From the IMG/VR virus record IMGVR_UViG_3300010163_000006, positions 91,672-155,671 of that record: a stretch of 64,000 nucleotides of DNA; one strand, 5' to 3'. Position numbers and translations under genes: made by a program. The notes beneath the pieces were generated by a model, which saw only the letters and a program-made list of their open reading frames with translations, searched no databases and was not told the DNA's origin. This document shows positions 29,801-40,634 of the stretch, one piece after another (the stretch's first letter is position 1; the number at the start of each line of letters is the position of its first letter). The DNA comes from a virus. Its lineage: Duplodnaviria; Caudoviricetes.

Positions 29801-32800
29801 TAACAAACCTTGATTCATTGGTTTCTAATAATGAAAATTATGACATCGGCAACAATGTCTTCAAAATATTGGGTAATGCTTTATCTGCTTATATTGACAA
29901 TGCTGTCGGTTTACTTAATGAATTGGATTCATCAATTGAGAGCTTGTCTGGTGATTTCAAGACAGATCATATTACACCCATTGCAACATTATGTGATGAT
30001 GTAATAAACAAAATCATATTCGATATGTACTCAATGAATTCAGTTGAGTATGATGCTTCTATTAAGTATGAATCAAAACCAATGTTCGTGGTTGTAGCTA
30101 TCCCTGATACACAACACACAAAACCACCGATCGGTGTTATAATATCTGGAACACGAAATCTCATATTCCAACCTATCACGCATAAAACCAATAATGGATA
30201 TATGATAAGATCATTAGCAAACACATGTGAATATGTGTTCTTCGATGGTACACCATTAACAGGTTTGACAATGACTATACTGGACAAAGATGGTATTGTT
30301 ATAGGTACACAAAATGTTTCGATGACATTTAACAGAACATGTTCTACCGCAGATAGAGTGAATGAATTCACCATGATTCCAAATGGAAAAACCACCGCAA
30401 TTGATTTCGAAAATGGTCATGAATCATTTGATGTTGTAAATGGTTTGATTGTAAATGAGAAACATGCAGACATGAATTATGAGATGTTGATTGGAAATCA
30501 TTTCACCCAACTCGATCATGAGATTGAATATGTATTGGAACCAACAACATGGCTACAGGGTTCCATCGATAGAATATACATTGAAAACCAGATGATCAAT
30601 CGTATGGCAATAACTGATTTTGGTCATAAGGTATGTTCTAATGTATTCTTTAAACCCGTTCAGGTTATGCATATTCCATTGAATGAGAATGGATCAATTG
30701 ATTCTGTAAATGGTAAATACTTTGAAGGTGAGACCATCTATCTCCAAACAAATGATGGTATGACAATATTCCCGGTTGTAATAACCAAAGTCGATCATTC
30801 TATAAACAAAGGATTCATTGAAGCTCGTGTTGACGATTGGAATTCTAAATGGTTTGAAATTACCGATCCAAATATGATTTCTAATTATCTTTTGAATGAG
30901 ATCGAATGTTCTGTTATTGATGACAACATGCGAAACTTCCTTGATGAGTTCTCTGATAGTGATATGCCGATATATTCAAATCCCACCAATCAAGTTATCG
31001 ACATAAGTAATATCGACAATTGTTACGACTTGCCAGGTGATCCAATGTTTGTTTCATCAAACTCAAATATTCTCCATAGAAGATTGAAGTGGATATTCAA
31101 TGAAGTCGTACCAAATAGATTTATTGATGATGACCACAAGAAGTATCGTTTTGTATACATTGCAAATGGATTCATCATGAATGATAATGACGAGATCAAA
31201 ATCAACATGATCAATCATGATTTCAACAATACAACCATACCGGAAAGATATCCTATCTTAAGAAGTGAACCAAACGACCACACAATTTGGGATAGGGAAT
31301 TGAATCTGTTCCGTGACGAACAATTGCATTCTCATATGAGAGAGAACACTTATTATCGCAATTATAACAACGCGATGTATGCATATTCTCAAGCGAAAAC
31401 AATCCATGAAAAAGAAGTTGCTCTGTTAAACGTTGATAAAGAAAAACGGAAAATGCAACGGGAACAAGAATACCAAAAGAGAATGGAACAATATTCCCGT
31501 CAACTCGAAACACCGACAACGTGGTATAATGTTCATTCATATGAAGCATCACTTGTATACATTTCAAATGGTCGTGCTGATAGATTCTCTCCGAGTTTCG
31601 TTTCTAACATAAGAGATGTTGTTTATTCAAATGAATTAGAAGTGTTCTTATATGATTGGCAACACAAGAAATGGTTAGATCCTTCATCATATGACGTGTC
31701 AATCAAAATGGTTGATAATGTTCGTATTGATGAAAATGATGACTACACAACAAACCGTGTTCTTCATACATTGACAATCAAACCGAAGGAAGGATTTTCT
31801 TTTTCCAATAAGATACTCATTTATTTCTCATACGAGAAATCAAATGTATTCAATTCAATTGAGATGAATGAACCAAACTGTTTTGTCCGGTTCAAACCGT
31901 TATTATCTATTGATAATGAGATAACGGATTACGATCCATATCGTGATATACGTATAAGGAAACACTTCGATGGTTATGAAAAATACAAGGTAGATGGTAG
32001 TGATATCCATATTAAGAGAGTAAATCGTAACGGTAAATACACAAATACCCCAGTATTCAGAGTATGTGATATGAAGATAACCGACATCAATGGTGAACAC
32101 ACATTTGATGATATCGATAAATTCTTGGTGCGGACGCCATTCAAGGACATAACAACCACCAGAACATTCCATACTCCGGTATACAACACAAAAATATGTT
32201 CGGAGATTGATTCATTCGTTCCCGACAAGGAAATCAAACTCATATGTATTTCAAATAATGAGATCAATTCATATGATGGTAATATCTCGTCTGTTATGTT
32301 CAATGCAACAACCGCGTATGATGATGAAGGAAACCAAACAATCTTAATTACTAAATCCACATTGCCAAACTATGTTTCTGGTAAGTTCATATGCACAGTA
32401 TTCCAGGATGACATGTATAACCCTGTAGGTGGAGTTATAGAAGTAGAAGTATCTTCCATTGAAGATACTGTTTACGAAGGAGACTGGTTGCAGGTTCCAT
32501 TGTCATACATGAAGTATCGTGAGATTCCTGAGGAATTCAAAATCATTATGAAAAATCCAACAGAAGGAATCGTTGAAGTTACATTGGAAAATAAGTACAT
32601 CAAACGTACTGATGACATCATAGACATCGATAACAGCAACTTGATGAATCCTTTCGAATACTATTATGACAATAAACACTTTACAAGATTACCTATCTCT
32701 GATGTCAGAACTAATTCCAACAACAAACGATTTGTTATTGATGAAGACATCAATCCCAACGTTAGTATTGTCAAATCTCCATATATTGGAATATGTAGAT

Positions 32801-33735
32801 ACTCATTGAATAGGATTCCTACTGACGGTATGATAGACATGACAGGATATCTGCCTACACCGTTATCACGGGACAGATATGAATTCTGGGTTAATGGTAG
32901 ATGTGTCATTAATGATAAGGATATAACGATACTTTCACCAACATCTATTCAGCTTCGTAACATGAAATCATTAAGGAACTTTGAGGCAATCGAACTCGTT
33001 GATGATTTCAATACGGGAAATGAATTACTGGATGAAGGAACCGTATATGTTGATATCAACGGTAATAGTTATTCTAATTATAGACTGGCTATGTTAAGCA
33101 ATTCTAAGATTCGCAATCAGGATATAATGTTTACATTCAATACAAATGTCCATAGGCCAATCCATGATTACACAAAAAACATTACTCCTTCGGCAAATAA
33201 TCACGACATTGAAGAGGATATCCTTGATCATGTTTCATTCGATGAAACCATTAAGGATTACAACAAACTGTACAACATTCCATCAATAAATGGAGTAACA
33301 TTATTCCATACTAAATTACAGGGATTGGGTCTTTCGGAAATACCGAATGAAAAAATAATCGAATCCTTTGATAAAATATGGAAAATTGAAGAGACCACAA
33401 ATCCGTTATTTATGAGGACACATCGTTCTATGATAAACAATGAGAAGCTTCGTATATGTGCTAAACAATTGACAGAGCCTCATTGGAATAAGTTATCTGT
33501 TACAACGACTGGTATGTTCCTCGTTTATACATTAGGACCTGTTGAGAAATACTTCTCTTTTTACATCTCAAAGAAACCGGATGGATTGATTGATGACGTA
33601 AAGAATACTGTTAAGATTATTCCATTTATCACTTCGGGTGTATATGTCCTGATTGATAAAAAGTACCAGGGAATGTGGTTGCATTCAACATACGAAAAAA
33701 CAAAGCCAATTCATCTAATTGGGAATACAAGATAA
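26815..33735 (+). CDS. Very large (2306 aa) putative virion structural protein
   Basis: Uninterrupted ORF on the virion-gene strand; no recognised catalytic motif. Confidence 0.65.
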   Translation: MIMNYNKWFYNQHKYLKNIRDNSEGFNDTKWVTINKRYQILDDMKSELLSQGLLVHGNNTGFDKLIDLMGRSNYTFEDINDSLIDTYRVSLHFAMSRNLVNTHAVMFHCTNMDTKNVTAEKFTHYRIIDAPFNQLHFGHRDEFIRQKLQEMHNISNGNYVDMPRFNSTQFTKILDFSIICTVNGYFCNDCKVAIDDKGFKFKVGWPYASDVDFIVYKLDHGRMISNNISPDYVKKGLIPYDVLGGVGKEMLGLKCIINVFDPLFIKTTSSVPNFGIFTEKGLEIRNLQRATSDMIDRLSSSNVTVDVYALKFFHEIPNLYPAINYYDIMDTRNVYDEKSESIKTTEGHNVVATPSKNINKLEVCTPPICLDRDVSYSFDIITRCLSMYDDMMSYESDLIRVGQELLYGNQDSFMDTFKPILQKIYSGLLSMYKIYEQGSIITSLIEPEQLGLFSDLLSKVHKISNMTDFRHSQNYSFDELYGENYRNTVKTITDPFRNTALLPFACMKSIKNNFFVDNNTTRFNRPISEQCFIALRYHTNDGCWLFDYPDIKHFHGIGNTFYVDSNLKGDEIFKFFVLYSDTEAPDEKDIEHMDLNTVLDFDLFSKEIEKHIGMIRYWDAECRLMKLSKIMYKKYNDETCVQVLSKILKRKISGDNILKLYPSDINYEESNVSSDSWESYDENTERGPFSINFLFYTLSLLNNNEDKLQSYFYRYLTHNKYHNRYTDIDISSIIDNERYPISYSQYTISPSRIPDSCAKPDVKIFAYYGLPLILDSKGSNLYEPYRYVLNVYDPDTKYPMISENDIDGSFYVQYDNITDYAGRVVSYHNNIQIGHLMTLYLTDLYNYISELQTNYKTTFNQSTVIESAINTMNERISTIRTHILDNGLDDIDGVSSFGNAVDIVINDNEFIRKLNEMKSLIDSIDVIRYNNTNSSIRVFINTHVLGTLKRAYVNFGFNNNINKRARMLYIHLKKINEPMNAYTFKKWLTDIDLHTLTNLDSLVSNNENYDIGNNVFKILGNALSAYIDNAVGLLNELDSSIESLSGDFKTDHITPIATLCDDVINKIIFDMYSMNSVEYDASIKYESKPMFVVVAIPDTQHTKPPIGVIISGTRNLIFQPITHKTNNGYMIRSLANTCEYVFFDGTPLTGLTMTILDKDGIVIGTQNVSMTFNRTCSTADRVNEFTMIPNGKTTAIDFENGHESFDVVNGLIVNEKHADMNYEMLIGNHFTQLDHEIEYVLEPTTWLQGSIDRIYIENQMINRMAITDFGHKVCSNVFFKPVQVMHIPLNENGSIDSVNGKYFEGETIYLQTNDGMTIFPVVITKVDHSINKGFIEARVDDWNSKWFEITDPNMISNYLLNEIECSVIDDNMRNFLDEFSDSDMPIYSNPTNQVIDISNIDNCYDLPGDPMFVSSNSNILHRRLKWIFNEVVPNRFIDDDHKKYRFVYIANGFIMNDNDEIKINMINHDFNNTTIPERYPILRSEPNDHTIWDRELNLFRDEQLHSHMRENTYYRNYNNAMYAYSQAKTIHEKEVALLNVDKEKRKMQREQEYQKRMEQYSRQLETPTTWYNVHSYEASLVYISNGRADRFSPSFVSNIRDVVYSNELEVFLYDWQHKKWLDPSSYDVSIKMVDNVRIDENDDYTTNRVLHTLTIKPKEGFSFSNKILIYFSYEKSNVFNSIEMNEPNCFVRFKPLLSIDNEITDYDPYRDIRIRKHFDGYEKYKVDGSDIHIKRVNRNGKYTNTPVFRVCDMKITDINGEHTFDDIDKFLVRTPFKDITTTRTFHTPVYNTKICSEIDSFVPDKEIKLICISNNEINSYDGNISSVMFNATTAYDDEGNQTILITKSTLPNYVSGKFICTVFQDDMYNPVGGVIEVEVSSIEDTVYEGDWLQVPLSYMKYREIPEEFKIIMKNPTEGIVEVTLENKYIKRTDDIIDIDNSNLMNPFEYYYDNKHFTRLPISDVRTNSNNKRFVIDEDINPNVSIVKSPYIGICRYSLNRIPTDGMIDMTGYLPTPLSRDRYEFWVNGRCVINDKDITILSPTSIQLRNMKSLRNFEAIELVDDFNTGNELLDEGTVYVDINGNSYSNYRLAMLSNSKIRNQDIMFTFNTNVHRPIHDYTKNITPSANNHDIEEDILDHVSFDETIKDYNKLYNIPSINGVTLFHTKLQGLGLSEIPNEKIIESFDKIWKIEETTNPLFMRTHRSMINNEKLRICAKQLTEPHWNKLSVTTTGMFLVYTLGPVEKYFSFYISKKPDGLIDDVKNTVKIIPFITSGVYVLIDKKYQGMWLHSTYEKTKPIHLIGNTR

Positions 33736-33738
33736 AAA

Positions 33739-33769
33739 ATATGGGCGGAGGGTTATCCTCCGCCCATAT
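33739..33769. terminator. Bidirectional terminator
   Basis: atatgggcggagg-gttat-cctccgcccatat. Confidence 0.75.
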
Positions 33770-33771
33770 CC

Positions 33772-34071
33772 TTACTTCGTAGAAGTAGGATCAGGAAGCT
33801 CAGGAATCTTCTTAGACAGAATTGCATTAAGCAACTTCACGTCAGAATCGGTAAGCTTGTCAGACATAGACTGATAAGCGGGATCACCGATTATCTTGGC
33901 TAAGAAGAGACCAATCTCTGTAGACTGTACCGCAGCGTCATTGTTAAAACGAATGATCTTGCAGAGGTCTTCAATATCAGCAACGCCATCAAAAGATGTG
34001 TTGGTAGGAAGACTTTCTTCGATCTGTTTCATACGTGCCATGACAAATTCCAGTGCTTCTTTGAATTCCAT
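33772..34071 (-). CDS. Hypothetical protein behind a long-form promoter
   Basis: Start MEFKEA behind GAAGGAG. Confidence 0.7.
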   Translation of the reverse strand: MEFKEALEFVMARMKQIEESLPTNTSFDGVADIEDLCKIIRFNNDAAVQSTEIGLFLAKIIGDPAYQSMSDKLTDSDVKLLNAILSKKIPELPDPTSTK

Positions 34072-34170
34072 ATATACTCCTTCTACGTGGGTTTGATACG
34101 CAGTTATTCCTTCTGCGTAATATGTAATTTGAATAAGTCGAAAGTGAGTGGAACCTTTCTTTTTATTCAC

Positions 34171-34216
34171 TATAATAATATATATTTAGAGGATTGAAAT
34201 AATAGGTGGTAGCATA
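34171..34216 (-). promoter_or_regulatory. Phage early-type promoter, long form
   Basis: Identical to 1074-1119. Confidence 0.75.
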
Positions 34217-34877
34217 CCAAATCCGATAGCATAGAAAAATGAAAAGAAAAATATAATTAATCCCGGGCCGAAGCCCGGGATATTATTTCAATAATTTTAT
34301 CAATCGAATGATCCGGAAATCCATGAGGGTGTGGTTTGTCCATATGGCGTCAGAAAGGACAATTCATGAATGTTCCCGGATCTGATTGATAATATCTGGG
34401 AATGTAAAAACGAAAGGAGGTTCCGTAATCTCAGCAGGAATCGATGATCTATTCTCACGATCATAATTGTTGTATCAACAGGTCCTTCCCAAATATTAAT
34501 CACATGTTACATGACGTGCAAAATAAATATTCATTTCCCGGGGGTCATGTGACCCCCAAGTTATGAATATTTTTAAAAGAAAAAAGGAAGATACAGGACA
34601 AACATGTGCAGGTTATTTGTCCTATAAAATGGATATCCCAATATGATTATCCAATGTAGTTTCCCCCTTACATTGAATTATCCTTAAGTAAAATCAATAT
34701 TAAACAAAAATGACACTTTCATTACCGGGGCTGCAGCCCCGGTAATTACTTGTGTAGACGAGAAAGAAACAAACACAATATATTGTTCCATACACTCGTC
34801 GCATTTTGGAACTTAAATTTTACGACGAGGAACATTCATAGCACTGACTATACTACAAATATTACAATTATGTGATT

Positions 34878-36098
34878 TTATTTCATAGGATTATTCATCC
34901 TGATTGTGTCATACAATTCCCGTTCTATTTTCGCAGCATCTTCATTATAATTGAAACTATCAACGGGAGGTTGTAGATAATTCGGAAGCGTATAATCATA
35001 TCCGCCTGTTTGTAATGCCTCTGTCTTCATGCTATTAAGGAACTCTCCAGCATTGCCATATACCGATGAATCAAACATTCCACCGTTATCACTATCAACA
35101 CTTCTAATGAGGTCGGTCGTGGATGGCTTACGACATTTCACGAGATCATAGTATTCAGCACCTGCACCTTCTCGCATCCAATCAAACAGAATCGGTTCTC
35201 CATTCGAATCCAAATTGTTGAGAGGGTCATTCTTTAAAAACGGCGACATCTTGGGACTGTAAACAGTTGACTTATATCGGATGATAGCTGACAACGGTGT
35301 ATCATATCCCTGACGATGGGCTGCAACCATTGCTGCATACTCGTCATCTCCAGTGACTGTGTATTTAACATGTACAGGTCTGCTATCGCCATTCTTCCGT
35401 TTCTGTTCAGTTTTCTCTTCGTGTCTGTTCTTAAGAACTATGTCTCCAGATATAACACCTTTGAGAATCTCTGGATCCGTGATTATCTGCGAATGGTTTA
35501 TATACAACTTAGGGATTTCACAGTATTTGAATTTAATATTACCCGCATTAAATTCCCTGACTGCCTCCTCATAAGTTAACCACGGATAATCACCCGAGCC
35601 ATATTTACCAAGAGACAATTCAATGGCATCCGTGATTATCTTGATCGCATTGACATAATCGGTCTGATTGTAATAACAGTTTCTCAAACCTTTCAATCTT
35701 TCACGAATCAACTGGGCTTCCTTGTTTTCGTTTACCTGTGAATCGGGTAGATTGTACGGATCGTTTGGATCAGGTCTGACGATCGAGCACGACATCTCTT
35801 CTCTGATCTTTGCTTTTTGTTCATCAGAAATCTTGAGCTCAATAACATCTCTACGGGATGCTTTCCTCTTATCGTTCTCAATCGATTTTTTGATTGCTTC
35901 ATGATGTTGTCTTAACAGAGCAGCATCAACTTCATCTTCGTCCTCGATTCCGAACTCTTCTTTCTGCCGTTCTTTCCATCGAAGTTTTACCTCCAATTCC
36001 ATTTGGTCATCCAGCATTGGTTGAATTCCATTCATCATTTCTTCAATGATTTTATCCAACTCTTCAACCGGATATACGTATTCGTATTTTTCTGACAT
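34878..36098 (-). CDS. Hypothetical protein
   Basis: Start MSEKYE behind AAGGAGGT. Confidence 0.75.
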   Translation of the reverse strand: MSEKYEYVYPVEELDKIIEEMMNGIQPMLDDQMELEVKLRWKERQKEEFGIEDEDEVDAALLRQHHEAIKKSIENDKRKASRRDVIELKISDEQKAKIREEMSCSIVRPDPNDPYNLPDSQVNENKEAQLIRERLKGLRNCYYNQTDYVNAIKIITDAIELSLGKYGSGDYPWLTYEEAVREFNAGNIKFKYCEIPKLYINHSQIITDPEILKGVISGDIVLKNRHEEKTEQKRKNGDSRPVHVKYTVTGDDEYAAMVAAHRQGYDTPLSAIIRYKSTVYSPKMSPFLKNDPLNNLDSNGEPILFDWMREGAGAEYYDLVKCRKPSTTDLIRSVDSDNGGMFDSSVYGNAGEFLNSMKTEALQTGGYDYTLPNYLQPPVDSFNYNEDAAKIERELYDTIRMNNPMK

Positions 36099-36129
36099 GG
36101 TTGATACCTCCTTCTGTCTAATTATATAT

Positions 36130-36441
36130 CTATTGGATTTCGAAATGTTCCTGTATCGGAATAACGGGTCCATGATCAATATTGATCTCCCTTATCTTCA
36201 AACAGACAACATTGACAGGACTATTGAGGAATGTGTGCCATCCATATGCGTTTGTTGCAATGTGTTTGAAGTCAGAGTATCTATACGTATGATCAATCCA
36301 TTTCTGATCCTTCTTGTTGAACATATATCTCTTGAATTGATAAACGGCATCATCAAGATTATTTGTGTATACTATCACAGCTCCAAAACCATATGCATCA
36401 TCATAATCATATTTAACGATATATGGAATCATATTATACAA
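36130..36441 (-). CDS. Hypothetical protein
   Basis: AGGAGGT RBS before a TTG start. Confidence 0.6.
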   Translation of the reverse strand: MYNMIPYIVKYDYDDAYGFGAVIVYTNNLDDAVYQFKRYMFNKKDQKWIDHTYRYSDFKHIATNAYGWHTFLNSPVNVVCLKIREINIDHGPVIPIQEHFEIQ

Positions 36442-36465
36442 AACCTCCTAACGTGGTTTTTGTGG

Positions 36466-36735
36466 TTATTCTTCTTCGTCTTTAATATCCTCCTTATTAT
36501 CTTCATTGATATTTTCATCAGTCGATGTTGTGTCAGCCTCTGTAACTTCTTCCGTCACATCAACATCATCAACGGTGTAACTTTCTCCGTTGGTAAACAA
36601 ACCACCGTTCACCATGCTTCCAAAAGACAACAAATCTAATACCATCTTTGTTCTTTCGGAAATATGGGGATTGTTATTAGTGATCTGACCATGTTCACCA
36701 ATCGAATACTTATTAACGTTTTTTCTGCGTTTCAT
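36466..36735 (-). CDS. Hypothetical protein with acidic tail
   Basis: Likely start MKRRKN behind GAAAGG. Confidence 0.6.
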   Translation of the reverse strand: MKRRKNVNKYSIGEHGQITNNNPHISERTKMVLDLLSFGSMVNGGLFTNGESYTVDDVDVTEEVTEADTTSTDENINEDNKEDIKDEEE

Positions 36736-36760
36736 AATATCAGAACCTTTCTCTATTAAT

Positions 36761-37195
36761 TTAATGAATAACATCATTTGTATGATATAGTATTATGTCA
36801 TCATTAATCAAAGTATTATCAAATTTCTTGATTAATGATGCCTTGACATGATACTTCTCATACTGACGCGGGATTTTCCGATCATTTGATATTCCTCTGA
36901 TCGTTGCATCGGCCGGTGAAGTAAATTTGTCAATCATACAAACATTCGTCATTTTCCTCAACTCTAAGTAGGCTTCTTTTCTGTCTTCGTTGACAACGAC
37001 AATGTTGCCATACATGCCAGTACCATAAGCGATTTGATAGATAACACATATCTCTGTTGCAGAATCAGAAACCTCGATCTCATCAACATGGATTTTCTCG
37101 GTCGAAGAAATGGCTTCATATGTTACCATTACTGGTAATACTGTATCTGTTCCATTCTCACCTTTCCTTATCTGTGATAATAAGTACACTTTCAT
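36761..37195 (-). CDS. Hypothetical protein
   Basis: AGGAGG RBS. Confidence 0.65.
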   Translation of the reverse strand: MKVYLLSQIRKGENGTDTVLPVMVTYEAISSTEKIHVDEIEVSDSATEICVIYQIAYGTGMYGNIVVVNEDRKEAYLELRKMTNVCMIDKFTSPADATIRGISNDRKIPRQYEKYHVKASLIKKFDNTLINDDIILYHTNDVIH

Positions 37196-37669
37196 CCTTA
37201 TTTCCTCCTATGTGTAATTGTTTGGTTATTCGTATTAACTGGATATCTATAGGATATTAAAATAACTTTACCTATCTATTACCCACGTCAATATTATTAT
37301 ATATAGATTTAGAAAAAGAAAAAATAGAAAATTCGTTTAGAATACAAGAAATAAGTTATGAGTAATATGGGGGCTTTACGCCCCCAATAAGTGTACGGTT
37401 ACCCTCCTGGTAACTATAATCGCAATACACTATCAATCAATTCTGTTTAGTTAAGTTTAAACATCCTTGCAGATAACATTATATCTCATGTGTGTTACAT
37501 CCGTAAGTATTGACATCTTTTTTAGATAGAATAAAACATAAAATTTGACACACAATCGACCCGTATTGCATATAAATAATATATGTTTTAAAAGTCAAAA
37601 TAATAGATACAAACCGAATCATAAGGTTCCTATTGGGATATTTATTATTATTTATCCATTTAATACAAA

Positions 37670-38968
37670 ATGAAAGTAGGTGATATTATGTCGGGATTAG
37701 TGTATGATGAACAAGCACTCGTTGATGGTCAAGTGTATAAGTATGATCAATATCTTCATTCTCGTGTAAACAAGTACACTGGAGCAGGAAGAACGATCGT
37801 AAAGTATTGGAATATTAATGATGCCCATACAACATCTTCTCTGGGTTTTAATACCCATTACCAGGTACTTGGAAACGATTCTCCATTGAGATATGATGAG
37901 ATTGATAACATGGTATTGCTTGGATTCTCTCCATTACAACCGGAAGAAAAACAAGCATCAACAACCACCGCAAGAAACTACGGATTGTCGGGAGAGGCAT
38001 TTATAATACCGGGAACGATAATGCCAAAGGAGAATGACTTCTTCATAGTGAAACATCTTAACATGAACCATCTATTCCGAGTTACCCAAGTAACCCAGGA
38101 TGGTTTAAATACAGATGGTTCATACAGGATAAACTATGAGTTGTTTTCTACAAATCCCCCAGAGATCAATAAGATATACGATCAGACTGTAGGGCATTTT
38201 ATAATGGATCTCCAAACAATAGGTGGTGAGGACCTTACACCTATAATTGGAAAGGAAGATCATGAACTTCGATCCAGGTTGATATCTATGGTGAATGACA
38301 TGACGGAAAACTATGTTGCTCGTTATTATGATAATATTCATAACTGCTTCCTTCTTCATTTGAATGGAAAAACATTGTTTGATGTCTGCGGAAATATGTT
38401 TATGGCAAAACACGGAGTCATGATCAATGATGGGAAAAACGGCAATATTGTTCTTAATCCTAATAAGATACGTGATGCCCGTATGGATTTCCTGTATCAG
38501 AAATCTCCTTATAAATGGATTGAAAGAGATGCTCCTGCCAGATATCTTGATTCCTTCAAATACCATATACTCGGTGAATGGTGTTATCCTGATTCGTCAT
38601 TTGCAATGTATGGATATCCGGTTGATATAATGATACCAATTGATCCTTGGTGCACCTCTTCTCAATGTGAGAAGTATTTCCCAGATGATGCTTTGGCTAT
38701 ATTCGAGAATGAATTAGACACCAGGACATGTAGATGTGAAGATTGTAGATGTTGTGAATATAACGGGTGTTGCAATAAACATTACAAATGTCAAAGGTTC
38801 GATTACATATCTATCATTCATGATTTCATGTATGGTAAACTGACTGACATACACAAGCTGTCATTGTATACAGGAGACCAATTGTTTGATAATGCTGAAT
38901 GGCGAGAGATCTACCTGTGGACTCCTATCGTCATTTACATCATAAAACAAGTTCTAAAAATCAAATAA
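37670..38968 (+). CDS. Putative virion structural protein with Cys-rich C-terminal part
   Basis: First gene of the plus-strand tail cluster; IIPGTIMPKENDFFIV beta-rich segment. Confidence 0.6.
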   Translation: MKVGDIMSGLVYDEQALVDGQVYKYDQYLHSRVNKYTGAGRTIVKYWNINDAHTTSSLGFNTHYQVLGNDSPLRYDEIDNMVLLGFSPLQPEEKQASTTTARNYGLSGEAFIIPGTIMPKENDFFIVKHLNMNHLFRVTQVTQDGLNTDGSYRINYELFSTNPPEINKIYDQTVGHFIMDLQTIGGEDLTPIIGKEDHELRSRLISMVNDMTENYVARYYDNIHNCFLLHLNGKTLFDVCGNMFMAKHGVMINDGKNGNIVLNPNKIRDARMDFLYQKSPYKWIERDAPARYLDSFKYHILGEWCYPDSSFAMYGYPVDIMIPIDPWCTSSQCEKYFPDDALAIFENELDTRTCRCEDCRCCEYNGCCNKHYKCQRFDYISIIHDFMYGKLTDIHKLSLYTGDQLFDNAEWREIYLWTPIVIYIIKQVLKIK

Positions 38969-38986
38969 GAAAGGAAGAGATATGAA

Positions 38987-40606
38987 ATGAAACCATCATC
39001 CTTGCGTCCAACTTGTGACTGTGGTCCGGATGGAAGACCCCATATACCACCGTCATTTATGCCACTCCCGCCTCCTCCACATCATAATCCATCATATCCG
39101 TATATGGTACCTTCACATGATAGCTACGATGGCTGCTGTGATTGTAATCATCATCCTGTTCCACCCCCTCCGCCGGTAAAGTTTCCCACTGATGGATTCT
39201 TCATCGGATCTGGATTCGTATTGGAAGATACATATCCATACATTGTCGATACTTCATTTACAAAGTACGGTAAATTTATCCATTATGCTGAAAGCGTAAA
39301 TACAAAGGTTACCCAGAGAAACGATCCGTCATGTATAAATCTTACTGCTACACTCGATATGACCGACAGCACCATGACAAACATCGTCAGAACAAACTTC
39401 TTGGAGAAGTATACTGCGAGAAAGCATGAGGACCTTCATGGAGTACTTCCTATCATCAAGACCCCCCTTAAGTTCAGGATAAATTATACGGTTAATGACA
39501 GAGATGGCGGTGCTGTTCATGAGGGAAGTATTGAGGAATTTGTATATGATAATTACTTCCACTTCACAGATATAAGAGATGTCTATATTCAATCTGCAAA
39601 GGGAGTAGTTATTTCCAATATTCCCCAGATGACATTCCAGGGATTGTATACAATAACAATCAATACAGTTGATGTATTTGTTGGTGTTATTGATACAGCT
39701 GCTCATATCTTGGATGATATGAATCCTTACTACACATTCGTCGAGAATAACATGCGCATTCTCCTTCAGCATGAATCGATCGAATCAGTACGTCCGGATT
39801 ATGAGATAATGCTCGCATCATGTGAAGTTAACAGATCATTCGAATATCATGCTAATATTACAACACGTTTCAGAATGTCATTCGTTGCCTTCCTGTCAAA
39901 AATGATCGTTCCTCCTAATACTGAAGGCATGTGGTCTGCGTTGAATGATTGTAGTGGTGTTGTGATCGATCAGCTCGTTAGGGAAATGGAGATCATGAAG
40001 GAAGAGATCCATGACCTTAAGGCAAAACATCTTTGGGCGAAAGAAGCTATCTCAATGATCAACTCTGATATTGAGACCATCAAGACGAATGTGGAAGCAA
40101 ACACGACGAGCATCGACGATATTAAAACCCAGATATCGAATATCACGGTTAAGATTGATGCTATTGAAGATCAGCTCGAACGGGGTACTACTGGTGCACC
40201 TGTGGATGCATACACTAAGGAAGAAGTCAATAACCTGCTGCTTCAGAAGGTAGACAAGGAAGAGGGTAAGGGCCTTTCATCCAATGACTATACCGATGAA
40301 GATAAGCAGCTGTTGCAGACGCTCGTAAACAGCGGACAGATCGTATTTGATGTTAGAGCCGCATTCCCGGAGACGGGCGTTTCTGGAATACTCTACGTCG
40401 CAACTGATCTGCAACTGACATATCTTTGGGATACAACAACCCAAACATATGTAAGTCTCAACAACATGGACGTTGAGGAAATTAAGCCTATTATCGAGAA
40501 CGAGGTTATAAAGGCAATCAATGCCAGTGAAACCGTTAGTCAGCTGAATGTTCGAGTTACAACTCTTGAAAACCAGGTTGATTGGAATAATCTCGGTAAT
40601 AAATAA
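38987..40606 (+). CDS. Tail-associated protein with coiled coil
   Basis: Pro/His/Cys-rich N-term, heptad region, KVDKEEGKGLSSNDYT and FPETG-x-LYVATD tail-protein motifs. Confidence 0.65.
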   Translation: MKPSSLRPTCDCGPDGRPHIPPSFMPLPPPPHHNPSYPYMVPSHDSYDGCCDCNHHPVPPPPPVKFPTDGFFIGSGFVLEDTYPYIVDTSFTKYGKFIHYAESVNTKVTQRNDPSCINLTATLDMTDSTMTNIVRTNFLEKYTARKHEDLHGVLPIIKTPLKFRINYTVNDRDGGAVHEGSIEEFVYDNYFHFTDIRDVYIQSAKGVVISNIPQMTFQGLYTITINTVDVFVGVIDTAAHILDDMNPYYTFVENNMRILLQHESIESVRPDYEIMLASCEVNRSFEYHANITTRFRMSFVAFLSKMIVPPNTEGMWSALNDCSGVVIDQLVREMEIMKEEIHDLKAKHLWAKEAISMINSDIETIKTNVEANTTSIDDIKTQISNITVKIDAIEDQLERGTTGAPVDAYTKEEVNNLLLQKVDKEEGKGLSSNDYTDEDKQLLQTLVNSGQIVFDVRAAFPETGVSGILYVATDLQLTYLWDTTTQTYVSLNNMDVEEIKPIIENEVIKAINASETVSQLNVRVTTLENQVDWNNLGNK

Positions 40607-40634
40607 ATAATTTATCAAAGGAGGTTATTAACTT

